DNA of 63,573 nucleotides, the filler included, from Octopus bimaculoides (Eukaryota): the NCBI RefSeq assembly GCF_001194135.2. It is 6 parts of 6 records of this genome, joined end to end, with 100 filler letters (N's around TTAATTAATTAA, not from the genome) between each part and the next. Parts side by side here need not be neighbours in the genome. Positions count along the whole stretch, not along the records: positions 5,393 to 28,645 come from NC_068983.1; positions 28,746 to 33,172 come from NC_068995.1; positions 33,273 to 41,415 come from NW_026330019.1; 3 more parts are not named here. One strand, 5' to 3'. Numbering within the stretch: the stretch's first letter is position 1; each line of letters starts with the position of its first letter. Positions 23,790 to 35,802 of the stretch are shown here, piece after piece. Below the pieces are notes generated by a model that worked only from the letters and a program-made list of their open reading frames with translations, made no database searches and was not told the DNA's origin. Made by a program: the position numbers and the translations under genes.

Positions 23790-24330
23790 TAGAAGGGCCC
23801 TAGACAAACTTAAGCTAAGAATTAAGGTTGTTGAAAGGCCAGGCAATCCTATCAAATCCCTTATCAGTAGAACCTACCCTTTTAGTAGAACCCCCTGCAC
23901 TGGTAGAAACTGTACTGTATGTAGATTTAGCCCACAAACAAACTATAAAGCCAGAAATGTGGTCTATAGTATAAGATGTACAGAGGGACGATGCAGTAAC
24001 AAGACAACGACATATGTAGGGGAAACAGCACGGAGCATAGGAGAGCGGGTAAATGAAAAACTGGAGGGAACTTAAGGAAGAGAAGAGCTCATCAGTTCTG
24101 TACCAGCACGCTGAGCAGGAACACGGAGGCTCACTCAACAACATAGAAATTAAAATCTTGTCCACACAGAGAACAGACGCAACGCTTAGACAAATTACAG
24201 AAGCTACACACATAATAGAAGATAAATGTAGCCTGAATAGGAAACTGGAATGGAACACTAGCACACACCTCCAACAAACTACAACATATGACAATAAAAT
24301 CCTCATAAACCGATAACAATATGAACAAAA
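23790..24330 (+). mobile_element. Penelope-like GIY-YIG endonuclease fragment
   Basis: NYKARNVVYSIRCTEGRCSNKTTTYVGETARSIGERVNE, then SSVLYQHAEQEH...RQITEATHI in the adjacent frame. Confidence 0.8.
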
Positions 24331-24635
24331 TATAATACAATACATAGATAAACAAATGGAATTAAATACTACATACGTTAACTAAATTAGATTAAATACA
24401 AAAAAAAAGAAGTAGGTATAAACACATGAACAAATAAATAAAAACAAAATTAACGAACATGTATTAACAGAGGATACAGATAATACAGGCACTCCCCATA
24501 CACACACATGCACTTACAAAACATAGACACACATAGAGGGATACGCATGCGTAGACACATACAACAGGAATACAAAATGCGAGATGGCTGATCGTTAGCA
24601 AGGAGGGACACACCTATAAGAAAGAAGAAAGCAAA

Positions 24636-24680
24636 GGACCACTGATGAGGTGACAGAAGTGTGACGAAAGAACTCTGGCC
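24636..24680 (+). ncRNA. Minimal type I hammerhead ribozyme-like motif downstream of the GIY-YIG fragment
   Basis: ggacca-CTGATGA(24642-24648)-g-gtgaca-gaag-tgtgac-GAAA(24666-24669)-gaac-TC-tggcc; triplet CUC. Confidence 0.65.
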
Positions 24681-24820
24681 GAAATATGATTAATGTAATG
24701 TAATATAAAACTGAAGCAAATTAACACCAAATATACAGTGCGTGTGTTTTTATTGGCTAAACTGGCCACATGACCATCCCCAAATACAACATATGTATAT
24801 ACATATATATACATAATATA

Positions 24821-25107
24821 TACTCTTTACTCTTTTTACTCTTTTACTTGTTTCAGTCATTTGACTGCGGCCATGCTGGATCACCGCCTTTAGTCGAGTA
24901 AATCGACCCAGGACTTGTTCTTTGGAAGCCTAGTACTTATTCTATCGTTCTGTTTTGCCGAACCGCTAAGTTAATGGGACGTAAACATACCACCATCGGT
25001 TGTCAAGCAATGTTGGGGGTATAAACACAGACACACAAACATATACATACATACATACATACATACATACATACATACATACATGCACACACACATACAC
25101 ACACACG

Positions 25108-25145
<38 letters not shown>

Positions 25146-25309
25146 CGACGGGCTTGTTTTAGTTCCCGTCAACCAAATCCACTCACAAGGCTTTGGTCGG
25201 CCCGAGGCTATAGTAGAAAACACTTGCCCAAGTTGCCACGCAGTGGGACTGAACCCGGAACCATGTGCTTGGTAAGCAAGCTACTTACCACACAGCCACT
25301 CCTGAGCCT
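24821..25309 (-). mobile_element. tRNA-derived SINE, family 1 (with expanded internal microsatellite)
   Basis: Homologous to 2431-2836. Confidence 0.85.
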
Positions 25310-25760
25310 ATGTATATTATATATACGTATGCGTGTATGCCTGTATATATGTGAGATAATAATTTCACTTGAATAGTTTCAGTATTAAAGTGAAACTATT
25401 AAAGTGAAAATATCTGACATTACAATAAAGATGTTATTATTTCACTTTTGACACGTAATACTGCAATAATGGAGGAGATATGATATTGCTCTGGGTGCGC
25501 ATTAGGCAAGAAGTTAAAAATTGTTTTGGCCTATGACACTATATAAGGCATGTGTAAAATTTGAATGAAATTGGTTGTGTAGTTCTCAAGTTTTAGGGAT
25601 TCACACAGACACACTGACAGACAGAGAGACAAACATTCTCATCTTTATATATATAGATAACCGCATATTGATGTAAATATATATTGTATATAGACAGATA
25701 TGCTGATGCAAACAGGAAAAATAGAACTCAAAATATGAGTATATGTATATTTTTTATTAC

Positions 25761-25884
25761 TATTCAGCAGAAGTAACAGAGCCACTCAATGTCCGAGATT
25801 CTCGTGCGTTGATACTTATCACTTTGATAAGTGCCAATGCACAAAACTCTCGGACTTTGCGTCACTCTGTTACTCCTACTGAAT

Positions 25885-25885
<1 letters not shown>
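25761..25885. repeat. 125-bp imperfect hairpin (MITE-like)
   Basis: 61-nt arms tattcagcagaagtaacagag...gatacttatca / tgataagtg...ctctgttactcctactgaata around a 3-nt loop (ctt). Confidence 0.85.
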
Positions 25886-25945
<60 letters not shown>

Positions 25946-26103
25946 TATATATAGATAAATGATTTATTTCGATGCTATCATATCTAACTGGCTCCTTTGA
26001 ATCTAGCTGGTAGATTCTAGCAGACGCTGACAGTTTCTATTTGGTCGGTGTGAGCGTGCCTTTAATACGTTCTTAACGGAATACACTTCAACTATATATA
26101 TAT

Positions 26104-26151
<48 letters not shown>

Positions 26152-26605
26152 NNNNNNNNNNNNNNNNNNNNNNNNNNNNNNNNNNNNNNNNNNNNNNNNN
26201 NNNNNNNNNNNNNNNNNNNNNNNNNNNNNNNNNNNNNNNNNNNNNNNNNNNNNNNNNNNNNNNNNNNNNNNNNNNNNNNNNNNNNNNNNNNNNNNNNNNN
26301 NNNNNNNNNNNNNNNNNNNNNNNNNNNNNNNNNNNNNNNNNNNNNNNNNNNNNNNNNNNNNNNNNNNNNNNNNNNNNNNNNNNNNNNNNNNNNNNNNNNN
26401 NNNNNNNNNNNNNNNNNNNNNNNNNNNNNNNNNNNNNNNNNNNNNNNNNNNNNNNNNNNNNNNNNNNNNNNNNNNNNNNNNNNNNNNNNNNNNNNNNNNN
26501 NNNNNNNNNNNNNNNNNNNNNNNNNNNNNNNNNNNNNNNNNNNNNNNNNNNNNNNNNNNNNNNNNNNNNNNNNNNNNNNNNNNNNNNNNNNNNNNNNNNN
26601 NNNNT

Positions 26606-27068
26606 ATGACAGAGAAAGTTGAGCAGAGAATTTGCATCAAAGTTTGCCAAAGTTTATCAGTTGGCCAGAGGCCTACGTAAAGTTTTCTAAAAGTTTTCAA
26701 TCGTTCTCGGCTCAGTGAAGGAGATCTTGTGCGGCTGAAACCCGAGTGTCTTTCTGGTCAGCTGAAAACAGTTTGAGCACAAACTTGGCAGACTAGCGTC
26801 TCATACCCAAATCTTCAGTGATAATGGACTGAACTGAACCGTAACTAATCTGCACATCCTCTGATAACTCACGGATGGTGATTTGAATATTTTCCCTCAC
26901 AGCTGCAATGTTTTTCTCAGTTCTACAGGTTGCGGGTCTCCCAGAACGTTCGTCCATCTTAGAAACAGCTGAATTACTCGTACACTCGTGTGTGGCTCAT
27001 ACATTCCTCTCCATACACTTTCTGCAACTTTGCGTCGGCCTCTGAGCAGGTATCGCCATGACAACTTT
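26606..27068. mobile_element. Degenerate mariner (Tc1/mariner) transposase with internal inversion
   Basis: Plus strand 26606-26655 reads MTEKVEQRICIKVCQ. The continuation GDTCSEADAKLQKVYGEECMSHTRVYE...ERSGRP...TIRELSEDVQISYGSVQSIITEDLGMRR lies on the minus strand, 27058-26656. Confidence 0.8.
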
Positions 27069-27539
27069 ATATATACTTAGATATATGTTTCAGGGTTACA
27101 CTACTTTTCTTATATTCCGGGACTGGAGAAATAGGCAGTGCACACATCATTTCCAGGTTCGTAACTCTGATGAAATAGAAATCGTTAATTGTTCTCTGAA
27201 GATGTTTTAAGTCAACACTTTCAGGAGAAACATGGAGAGAGAGGACATTTCAGAGGTCGTAGCGTCTGCGAAGGAAGAACTAGGTGTAGCAGGTTATTGC
27301 GAATCTTGAGGAGTTTAGACACGGCACAACATGAAATAGAAGAGGATAGGAGACATACAGAGTGGGAGTGCTTGAGGTGAGTTGGCATGAGACCAGCCAG
27401 CAACGAGGAACTGACCCCATTATAATGGTGGCCGAAAAAACACTGTTATGCTAGTCAGTCAAGTAGCTTTCTCTGGGTACAGTGCAGAATGTCTCAGGTG
27501 CAATTGTGAGGCGTCTAGCAGTTTACTGTTCATGTTTCA

Positions 27540-27789
27540 AATGTGTGAAATGCGATGTTTTTCTTTTGATATGAGCAATCCTCGTGTATATTTACTATTG
27601 AAAGGGACAAGCTTTGCATGTCTCCAATAGAGGGAATTTGCGCAGTCACAGTTCATGGGTTTCTTTTGCAGTGTTAATATTACTGGCCAAGGATGCGTAG
27701 CCGGGGAAAATTGTTGAGGAAGAAAGGATAGTAGTGCGCGCGTAAGAGTTGAACGGAAGGGCAAAGAGGTCATAGATGATAAGAAATAG

Positions 27790-27843
<54 letters not shown>

Positions 27844-27883
27844 NNNNNNNNNNNNNNNNNNNNNNNNNNNNNNNNNNNNNNNN

Positions 27884-27933
<50 letters not shown>

Positions 27934-28425
27934 TGAAATTTAGAGCATACTAGTATTGTTTGAGTGTGATAGAGGAAGATCTCCGTCAACATGCAGCGCG
28001 ATAGTGCGGTGTGATTGGAAGCTACCTATCAGATCTCACCGTCTAAGGTCTGAGGAAGTACCGAAGCATATAGCCTGGAAGTTTCGAGATGAGACTCACA
28101 TACCAGAAAGTGTCTAAAGTTTACTGATATCAAGAGTAGCGACACAACTTTCTCAAATGCATTGGTGAATGATATATGAGTTGGACGCCTTGGTTCATAT
28201 AGTTCAACAGAAGAAGTACCAGTGATTGTTATTCGGGGAGTGACGTAAAGTGATATCATGTTTAGTAACTGAAACAATTTGCCGTTGAAGAGGTATTTTA
28301 ACCATTTCAGAATAACTGGAACTGTTAAGTTTAACGAGACACAGTGGAATTGTAAAAGAAACGAAATCACAGAAGCGTAGAAGCATGACGAAAATCGTGG
28401 GAACTTTATGAGCAGAGCATACTAT
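27540..28425. repeat. Second diverged copy of the unclassified repeat at 22319-23230
   Basis: Shared blocks such as cctcgtgtatatttactattgaaaggga and gacgaaaatcgtgggaacttta. Confidence 0.75.
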
Positions 28426-28508
28426 AAAAATATGCATATATATATGTACACGCACATACAAGTATACATGTGTGTATCTAGACACACGCGCGCGCGCGTG
28501 CACGCACA

Positions 28509-28551
<43 letters not shown>

Positions 28552-28758
28552 ACACAGATACATACGTACATACATAAATACATTCATGCGCACATGCATA
28601 CACAGACACACGCGCTCGCACACAGACATGCACATCTCTCTCTCTNNNNNNNNNNNNNNNNNNNNNNNNNNNNNNNNNNNNNNNNNNNNTTAATTAATTA
28701 ANNNNNNNNNNNNNNNNNNNNNNNNNNNNNNNNNNNNNNNNNNNNTATATATATATAT

Positions 28759-28824
<66 letters not shown>

Positions 28825-29119
28825 CGATAGATAGATAGACATGTTCAGTTACCAACTGCATATATGAAAGGAATAAGTGCCGTCGTTACTCGTAAGCATG
28901 GCCTAGTAGCTTGTACTATGACTTCCATAATCATATCATGTGCCTTTGTTGTCGCAAACTAACATAGACGTCCCAGGCTTCCCACTCATTGACCCGCCAG
29001 AGCACACTGAGTGTAACAGAGTAAGGGTTGGAGAGCGAGATATATCTCAGTACTAGACTGATTTTCTTTTTTCGCTGAGGAGGCGGGACCAACATGAAAT
29101 GAAGTCTTTTTGTGAAGGG

Positions 29120-29450
29120 CGTTAAGGGGTAAAGTTCCCCTTCCGTCATGACTGACCATGGGATTGTAGCGAAGCATAAGTCTAGACAAGGTTGTTTATG
29201 GCAGACCAGCAATCGCACATGCATACCAGCCTCCATTCTCCACGCCACCAGTGTAACCCAAGGGAAAGGCAAAGGTTGATACAGCTTGGCACCAGTGACA
29301 TAGCAACTCATTTCCACAGCTGAGTGAACTGGAGCAGCGTGAAATAAAGTGCCTTGCTGAAGAACACAACACACAACTCGGCCTGGGAATCAAGCTCACT
29401 ACTTCATGATTGTGAACTCGACGCTCCAACCACTGAACCATGCGCCTCCC
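29120..29450 (-). mobile_element. tRNA-headed SINE-like element, family 4
   Basis: Minus-strand head aggcgcatggttcagtggttggagcgtcgagttcacaatc...gcttgattccc, followed by a gcaaggcactttatttcacg segment shared with family 3. Confidence 0.7.
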
Positions 29451-29468
29451 AAGGGACTTATTATTATT

Positions 29469-29676
29469 GAGGCAGCGATCAGGCAGAAACGTTAGCACGC
29501 TTAGCGAAATGCTTAGCAGCATTTCGTCTGTCTTTCGGTTCTAAGTTCAAATTCTGCCGAAGTCGACTTTACCTTTTATCCTTTCGGGGTCGATAAATTA
29601 AGTACCAGCTGAGGTCGATCTAATCGACTGGCCCCTCCCCATAAATTTTGGGCCTTGTTCCTAGCGTAGGAAAGAT
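29469..29676 (+). mobile_element. tRNA-derived SINE, family 2
   Basis: Homologous to 19317-19530. Confidence 0.85.
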
Positions 29677-29720
<44 letters not shown>

Positions 29721-29723
<3 letters not shown>

Positions 29724-30465
29724 CTTAAAGCAGAGACTGAAGGATTTTTAATTGCTGCACAGGACCAAAGCCTCCCCACCAGAAATTACCAAAAACACAT
29801 AATGAAAAGAAATATAACAAGTAACTGTAGAATATGTGGAGATCGACAAGAAACAATAAATCATATTATCTCTGGCTGCCCAGTCCTGGCTAAGAAGGAA
29901 TATATTCACAGACACGACAGAGCTGGGACCTATATACACTGGAAGCTATGCCAACATTATGGAATAACAACAGAAAAAAGATGGTATAAACACACNNNNN
30001 NNNNNNNNNNNNNNNNNNNNNNNNNNNNNNNNNNNNNNNNNNNNNNNNNNNNNNNNNNNNNNNNNNNNNNNNNNNNNNNNNNNNNNNNNNNNNNNNNNNN
30101 NNNNNNNNNNNNNNNNNNNNNNNNNNNNNNNNNNNNNNNNNNNNNNNNNNNNNNNNNNNNNNNNNNNNNNNNCCTGGAAATAGAGATAACTCGAATGTGG
30201 AATCTAAAAACAGAAACAATTCCTATCATAGTAGGTGCCTTAGGTATAATAAAAAAATATTCAGACAAATACATAACAAAAATAGCAGGACTTACAAATA
30301 TATATAACATACAGAAAATTGCACTACTGGGTACTGCACACATTCTACGCAAAACACTTTCAATACAGTAAACATAAGAGCACCACAGCAAACCACAGCA
30401 CATACCCAAGGCGCACAGAGCTGCGCTCGGTAGTGAAGTGAAAGCACGTTATAAAAATAAAACTA

Positions 30466-30470
<5 letters not shown>
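29721..30470 (+). mobile_element. 5'-truncated R4/Dong-like non-LTR retrotransposon (CCHC finger + RLE) flanked by (AAT)n
   Basis: LKAETEGFLIAAQDQSL; CRICGDRQETINHIISGCPVLAKKEYIHRHD; IPIIVGALG; IQKIALLGTAHILRKTL*. AAT arrays lie at 29678-29721 and 30469-30521. Confidence 0.9.
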
Positions 30471-30522
<52 letters not shown>

Positions 30523-30533
30523 TATTATTATTA

Positions 30534-30566
<33 letters not shown>

Positions 30567-31506
30567 ATTTTCTTAATCATGTACAAATGTGTGTGCGTAT
30601 TCATCATTATTTTATTTATTCTATTCAATTTTAGGGAAATTGAAGCACATTTTTGACATTACCGGAGCATATTGAACTTATTTTGTACGCAAATTTTGGC
30701 CCACCTTGTATATATATATATACACTCACACGTAGATACATATACACATATGTATGTGTGCGTGTACGTGTGTGAGTTGGTGTATGCCTATTTGTGTATG
30801 CAATTAAACGATAACATGTGGTTTATTTAGATTCTTGCCGTTCATCAATCATAATCCATAGACCATGGCGGCTTTTTGTTAACAACGAGAGAACACAACC
30901 CCTCCCCTGCCCTCTGTTTCACAGTCATCTGCCAACTCTTATGTTTACCACTATCTTTCTCCCTGTCCATTCCTTGATGTTACTCAACTATAACCATTCA
31001 TAGTCTTTAAGCCTCAATTTTTTCCCCCGGCTGCTTCTTCATGCGTGACCTTATTCTCTAGTAAGCAAGGTGTCATGATGTCATTTTACAAGACCAAACC
31101 ACTTCATTTTCCGCCTTTTGGTAATTAACACTATTCTTTCATGGTTCACATCTTTACCAACAAATTCTTTTCTAACACACTCCTTAGTCCAAAGCCCTGT
31201 CTATAGAATGCAAAATATGTCTTTATAACATTGTATTTAAAATGTCATGATGTTTCTCTCACATTCAACATCCACTCTCAGCATTTCTTTCGTTGTTATT
31301 GTATCTCAAACAGGGTCTCATTTTGCTAAAGTAGGAGCAGCTTCTCTATAATTAAAAGTTAATAGTGACTTTTTAATACTTCTGTTACTATATTTCTGTT
31401 GAAATTGTCTGCTTTTGTTTCGAATCAATTTTAAATAAATCTTCGTTCCTCTGTTTGGTTTGCAATATCCTTGACGTGAATTTGTGTGTTGAAAGGAAAC
31501 TTGCTG

Positions 31507-31560
<54 letters not shown>

Positions 31561-31712
31561 GACGGGCTTCTTTCAGTTTCCGTCAACGAAATCTACTCAT
31601 AGGACTTTGGTCGGCCAGAATCTATAGACAAAGACACGTGCCCTACGTGCTGCGCAAAAGGGACTGAACCTGGAACCATATAATTTAAAAGCAAACATCT
31701 TACCACAAGGCT
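31561..31712 (-). mobile_element. SINE family 1, 5' portion
   Basis: gacgggcttctttcagtttccgtc...gggactgaacctggaacc. Confidence 0.75.
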
Positions 31713-32135
31713 ATACCCGCACCTACATTAAGAATTGATAATAAAGAGTTTAGTAAAGTAACTTTATCCCAATTAATCTAGTGCTTATAAAGTAAATTTA
31801 AATGAACTTTTGATGTCAAGTTTTAATTTAAAACAGGAATCTTTTATTGACAAATTGCAGAATAGAATAAATACAAAACATGTTTAGATATGAAGCAGTT
31901 AAAACAAATGCAAAACGTAGATATAAACACTTTCGAAAATAACTACGACCTTGCTGTAGCACTGCCTTCAAGAATTTCATAGGCTTATTCGATCATATTT
32001 ATAAGAATCCGAAGTTATACCATTGAATCGCTATGAAACGAGGCATAAACATTAACGCGAAATTGGGTCCATGTTACACATAGGCACTCATGCATACATA
32101 CATACATACATATATGTCTTTCTTTCTTTCTTTCT

Positions 32136-32350
32136 TGCAACAGAAGGCTAAATATAGAGGGGACAAACAAGGATAGACAGAGGGATTAAGTCGATTACGA
32201 CGACCCCAGTAATTGGTACTTATTCAATCGATCCCGAAACAATGAAAGGCAAAGTCGACCTTGGTGGAGTTTGAACTCAGAAGGTAACGGCAGACGAAAT
32301 ACCGCTAAGCATTTCGCCCGGCGTGCTAACGTTTCTGCCAACTCGCCACC
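32136..32350 (-). mobile_element. SINE family 2
   Basis: Reverse complement of the family 2 consensus. Confidence 0.8.
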
Positions 32351-33139
32351 CCTATGCATACATAAATATTAATTTAGAAAATTGTCTGCTAATATCAATT
32401 CAATTAAAAATAGTACAAAACACATTTTATCCACTTATTTAATAATTTACTTATTTATTTCTAAAGAAGTGAAATGGAAAATATGTTTCAAATGAAACTG
32501 AATTAAAATTATTTACATAGCATGATAACATTAAAAACAGCAGCGGTAACAACAGCCAAAGAAGTACTTAGACAGAAATAATCAAAGAAGGAAAAGGAGA
32601 AAGAGACATGGAAAAACGGTTAAAAGGAAATGAATATAGCAAGTTTAAAATGTGTAACAAAAACTAAGGAAAATAAATTTTTAAATAGACTAACAAGTAG
32701 TCTTATCAACGACATTGTGACTAATCGGAACAAGCTTAACTGACGAACAGCTAACACTGATTTGATTGGTTGATGATAAGTAAAAGTCCGATATATATAT
32801 ATAAGAAATTCCACTGAAATCATGTAATGCATCCTCGCTGTGTGGTTCGTTGGAAATGTAAGATAAAATAAACTTGTTACGAAAAAGAAATTCTAAGTAT
32901 AACCTTGAGAGATAAGCCCTAAATAGTACAGTAAATAGATGGGTTTCAAACGTGCTACGATCGGGCAACCAGGCAGGAAGATGGGGTAAAATATTTTAGT
33001 GGGACTGAACCGAAAACCATGTGGTTTCAAAGCTAAAGTATTTAGCCACACAATCGTGTCTCAGTGTGTGTGTGGGTGGGGGTGAGAGAGAAAGAGAGAG
33101 AGTGAGTGAGTGTATATTTGCGTACATATGTACGGGAGT

Positions 33140-33172
<33 letters not shown>

Positions 33173-33339
33173 NNNNNNNNNNNNNNNNNNNNNNNNNNNN
33201 NNNNNNNNNNNNNNNNTTAATTAATTAANNNNNNNNNNNNNNNNNNNNNNNNNNNNNNNNNNNNNNNNNNNNTATATATATATACATACATACACTTTAT
33301 ATACATTCTCACATACATACACAGACATATAGATACGAT

Positions 33340-33950
33340 GTAAATTATGTCGAGCCCTACTGGTAACATGTAATCCTGTACAACCTGTTGCATGATCGGG
33401 TCGTCAGCGACTAAACTGGCAACCCCATCAAGCTTGCTTGGTGAGGAGGGTAATGGTTGGACACCATGCGGGACGAAACATAAGATCCGTCAAAGGGCGG
33501 AAGAACTACTGTGTAGTCAACGGCCAATTCAATAAGTACCTTGTGTTGGGGAAGTGCCAGTGTGCTCCATTGACCCGGAGATCTGTGGTAGAGGGAGAGA
33601 ACTCTTCAGGCAGGTCTTACCAGGCCAGACAGGTCCAAGGGTAGGAGACAGACAAATCCTTAAAGACAATAAATCGAAGCATCGGCAGTGGAGCGTGGAT
33701 TTAGCTGTCGGCAGGACCTAACAGATCAGATTCTTGACTTTGAACTAGCAGGATGTCATGCAGAGGATCTCGAATGCAAAACTATAGCTGAGACCCTAAT
33801 ATTCCTAGTTAGATGGAAACTGAGGAACCACATGGAGCAGCGCCCTGTGACTGCTATAGTATGCGCAACTGTAAACACTATGAAGGGGCGTCCAATGATA
33901 CGACCTAGATGACAGAGAGATATATGGATACGCAGGTGGACTAAATCCCA
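33340..33950 (+). mobile_element. Degenerate RTE-like LINE 5' region
   Basis: The ATVNTMKGRP remnant resembles the RTE AP-endonuclease N-terminus (TxNVxTMKGR). The preceding region is GC-richer and 5'UTR-like. Confidence 0.45.
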
Positions 33951-34033
33951 AGGTCGTGCTCCAGCATGACCGCAGTACAATGAATAAGTAAACGATGAAA
34001 AATAAACATCAATTATATAATGATAATTTATAC

Positions 34034-34078
<45 letters not shown>

Positions 34079-35174
34079 NNNNNNNNNNNNNNNNNNNNNN
34101 NNNNNNNNNNNNNNNNNNNNNNNNNNNNNNNNNNNNNNNNNNNNNNNNNNNNNNNNNNNNNNNNNNNNNNNNNNNNNNNNNNNNNNNNNNNNNNNNNNNN
34201 NNNNNNNNNNNNNNNNNNNNNNNNNNNNNNNNNNNNNNNNNNNNNNNNNNNNNNNNNNNNNNNNNNNNNNNNNNNNNNNNNNNNNNNNNNNNNNNNNNNN
34301 NNNNNNNNNNNNNNNNNCTTCTCTTGAGAAACACTGTGTAAAAAACACAGAACTTGTCCTAAAGGTCGTTCGTTGACCGATAGATATTTAGACACCAGCG
34401 TTTCGATCCGGTTTCGACTCCTAAGTGACGAATACGTTCGAATATTCTAAAACATTCCTTGATTTGTACAAAAGCTTGTCGGACAAAATTTGAATGAAGT
34501 TCTGCACTTTAATCATCACTAGATTGGAATAATGATGTAAGCAAAATGTTTAAAATGTATAAAAACTGAGAACGGCGCCTTTCACTCATAATGTCGGTAG
34601 CGGGGCGTTAGACACCAATGTTTCAATTGGATTTGGTCTCCTCAAGACCGAACAGCCTCAGACATTCCGGGCTGAAATCTGGAATCTTCATTCCAACTTA
34701 AGATTCATTCCAGCTTAAAGCTCGGCAAAGAAGACTTTCACTAATATGTGAAAAAGTTGGCCACACACACAAAAAAAAAAAAATTAAATAAATATATGTG
34801 CATTTAAAATAATTTTCGCCTGTATCACGAAGGTGTTTCTCTTCACATTGTGGAAATTAAATCTGGCCGAAACATAGGTGTCTAATGGATACGAAGACGA
34901 TATTCTGGGGAATATAGAAGGATGTCTTCTTAGGAGAAGACTCAGTAGAAAAAAATAACTTGTGTGATATGAAGTAATATGGAGCCAGTAATATGGTGTT
35001 TTTTACGTGCCACCTGCACAGGAGCCAATCCAGCGGCACTGGCAACGACCTCGCTCGAATGATTTTCTAACGTGCCACCGGTACAAGTGCCATAGATTTA
35101 AGATAAGATATATATTCAAATATAAAAATATGAAAATAATTTGTGCATGGGTGTATGTCCTGGTGTATATAAAG

Positions 35175-35412
35175 GAGTACTACATGTGTGTGAGCATACT
35201 CTTAACGTAGCTCTCAGGGAGATTCAGCGTGACACAGAGTGTGACAAGGCCGGCCCTTTGAAATACAGACACTACTCAGTTTTTCCAGCGGAGTGGATTG
35301 AGCAATGTGAAATAAAGTGTCCTGCTCAAGGACACAACGCGTCGCCGGGAATTGAACTTACGACCTTACAATCGTGAGCCGAATGCCCTGACCACTCAGC
35401 CACTCGCCTTCA
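35175..35412 (-). mobile_element. tRNA-derived SINE, family 3
   Basis: Reverse complement of 61892-62130. Confidence 0.8.
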
Positions 35413-35657
35413 CATTCTTTATATATAATACATATAACACATGTCATATATATATGATATAAATGCAATATATATTACACAAGTTATACAATATATGTAA
35501 TTAATATATAGAATATATATAGTATACATTTTGTACGTATTCAAACAAGTATATATTGTATATATTATATGTATTATTATATAATGTTTATGCATATAAA
35601 TATATATATATAAGATATATAATATTTACATGTGTGTGTGTGTGTATATATATATAT

Positions 35658-35721
35658 AATTTTATCCTATATTAGAAGTATATATATATATATATATATA
35701 CTTCTAATATAGGATAAAATT
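35658..35721. repeat. Perfect 64-bp palindrome centred on (TA)11
   Basis: aattttatcctatattagaag-(ta)n-cttctaatataggataaaatt. Confidence 0.9.
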
Positions 35722-35752
35722 TTGTCAAAAAAAAGAGTAAAAGAATTATATG

Positions 35753-35802
<50 letters not shown>

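Noticed and set aside
32730-32765. CTGACGA motif as another hammerhead (also about 35845 and 20770)
   Set aside because: The GAAA core half or the stems are missing.
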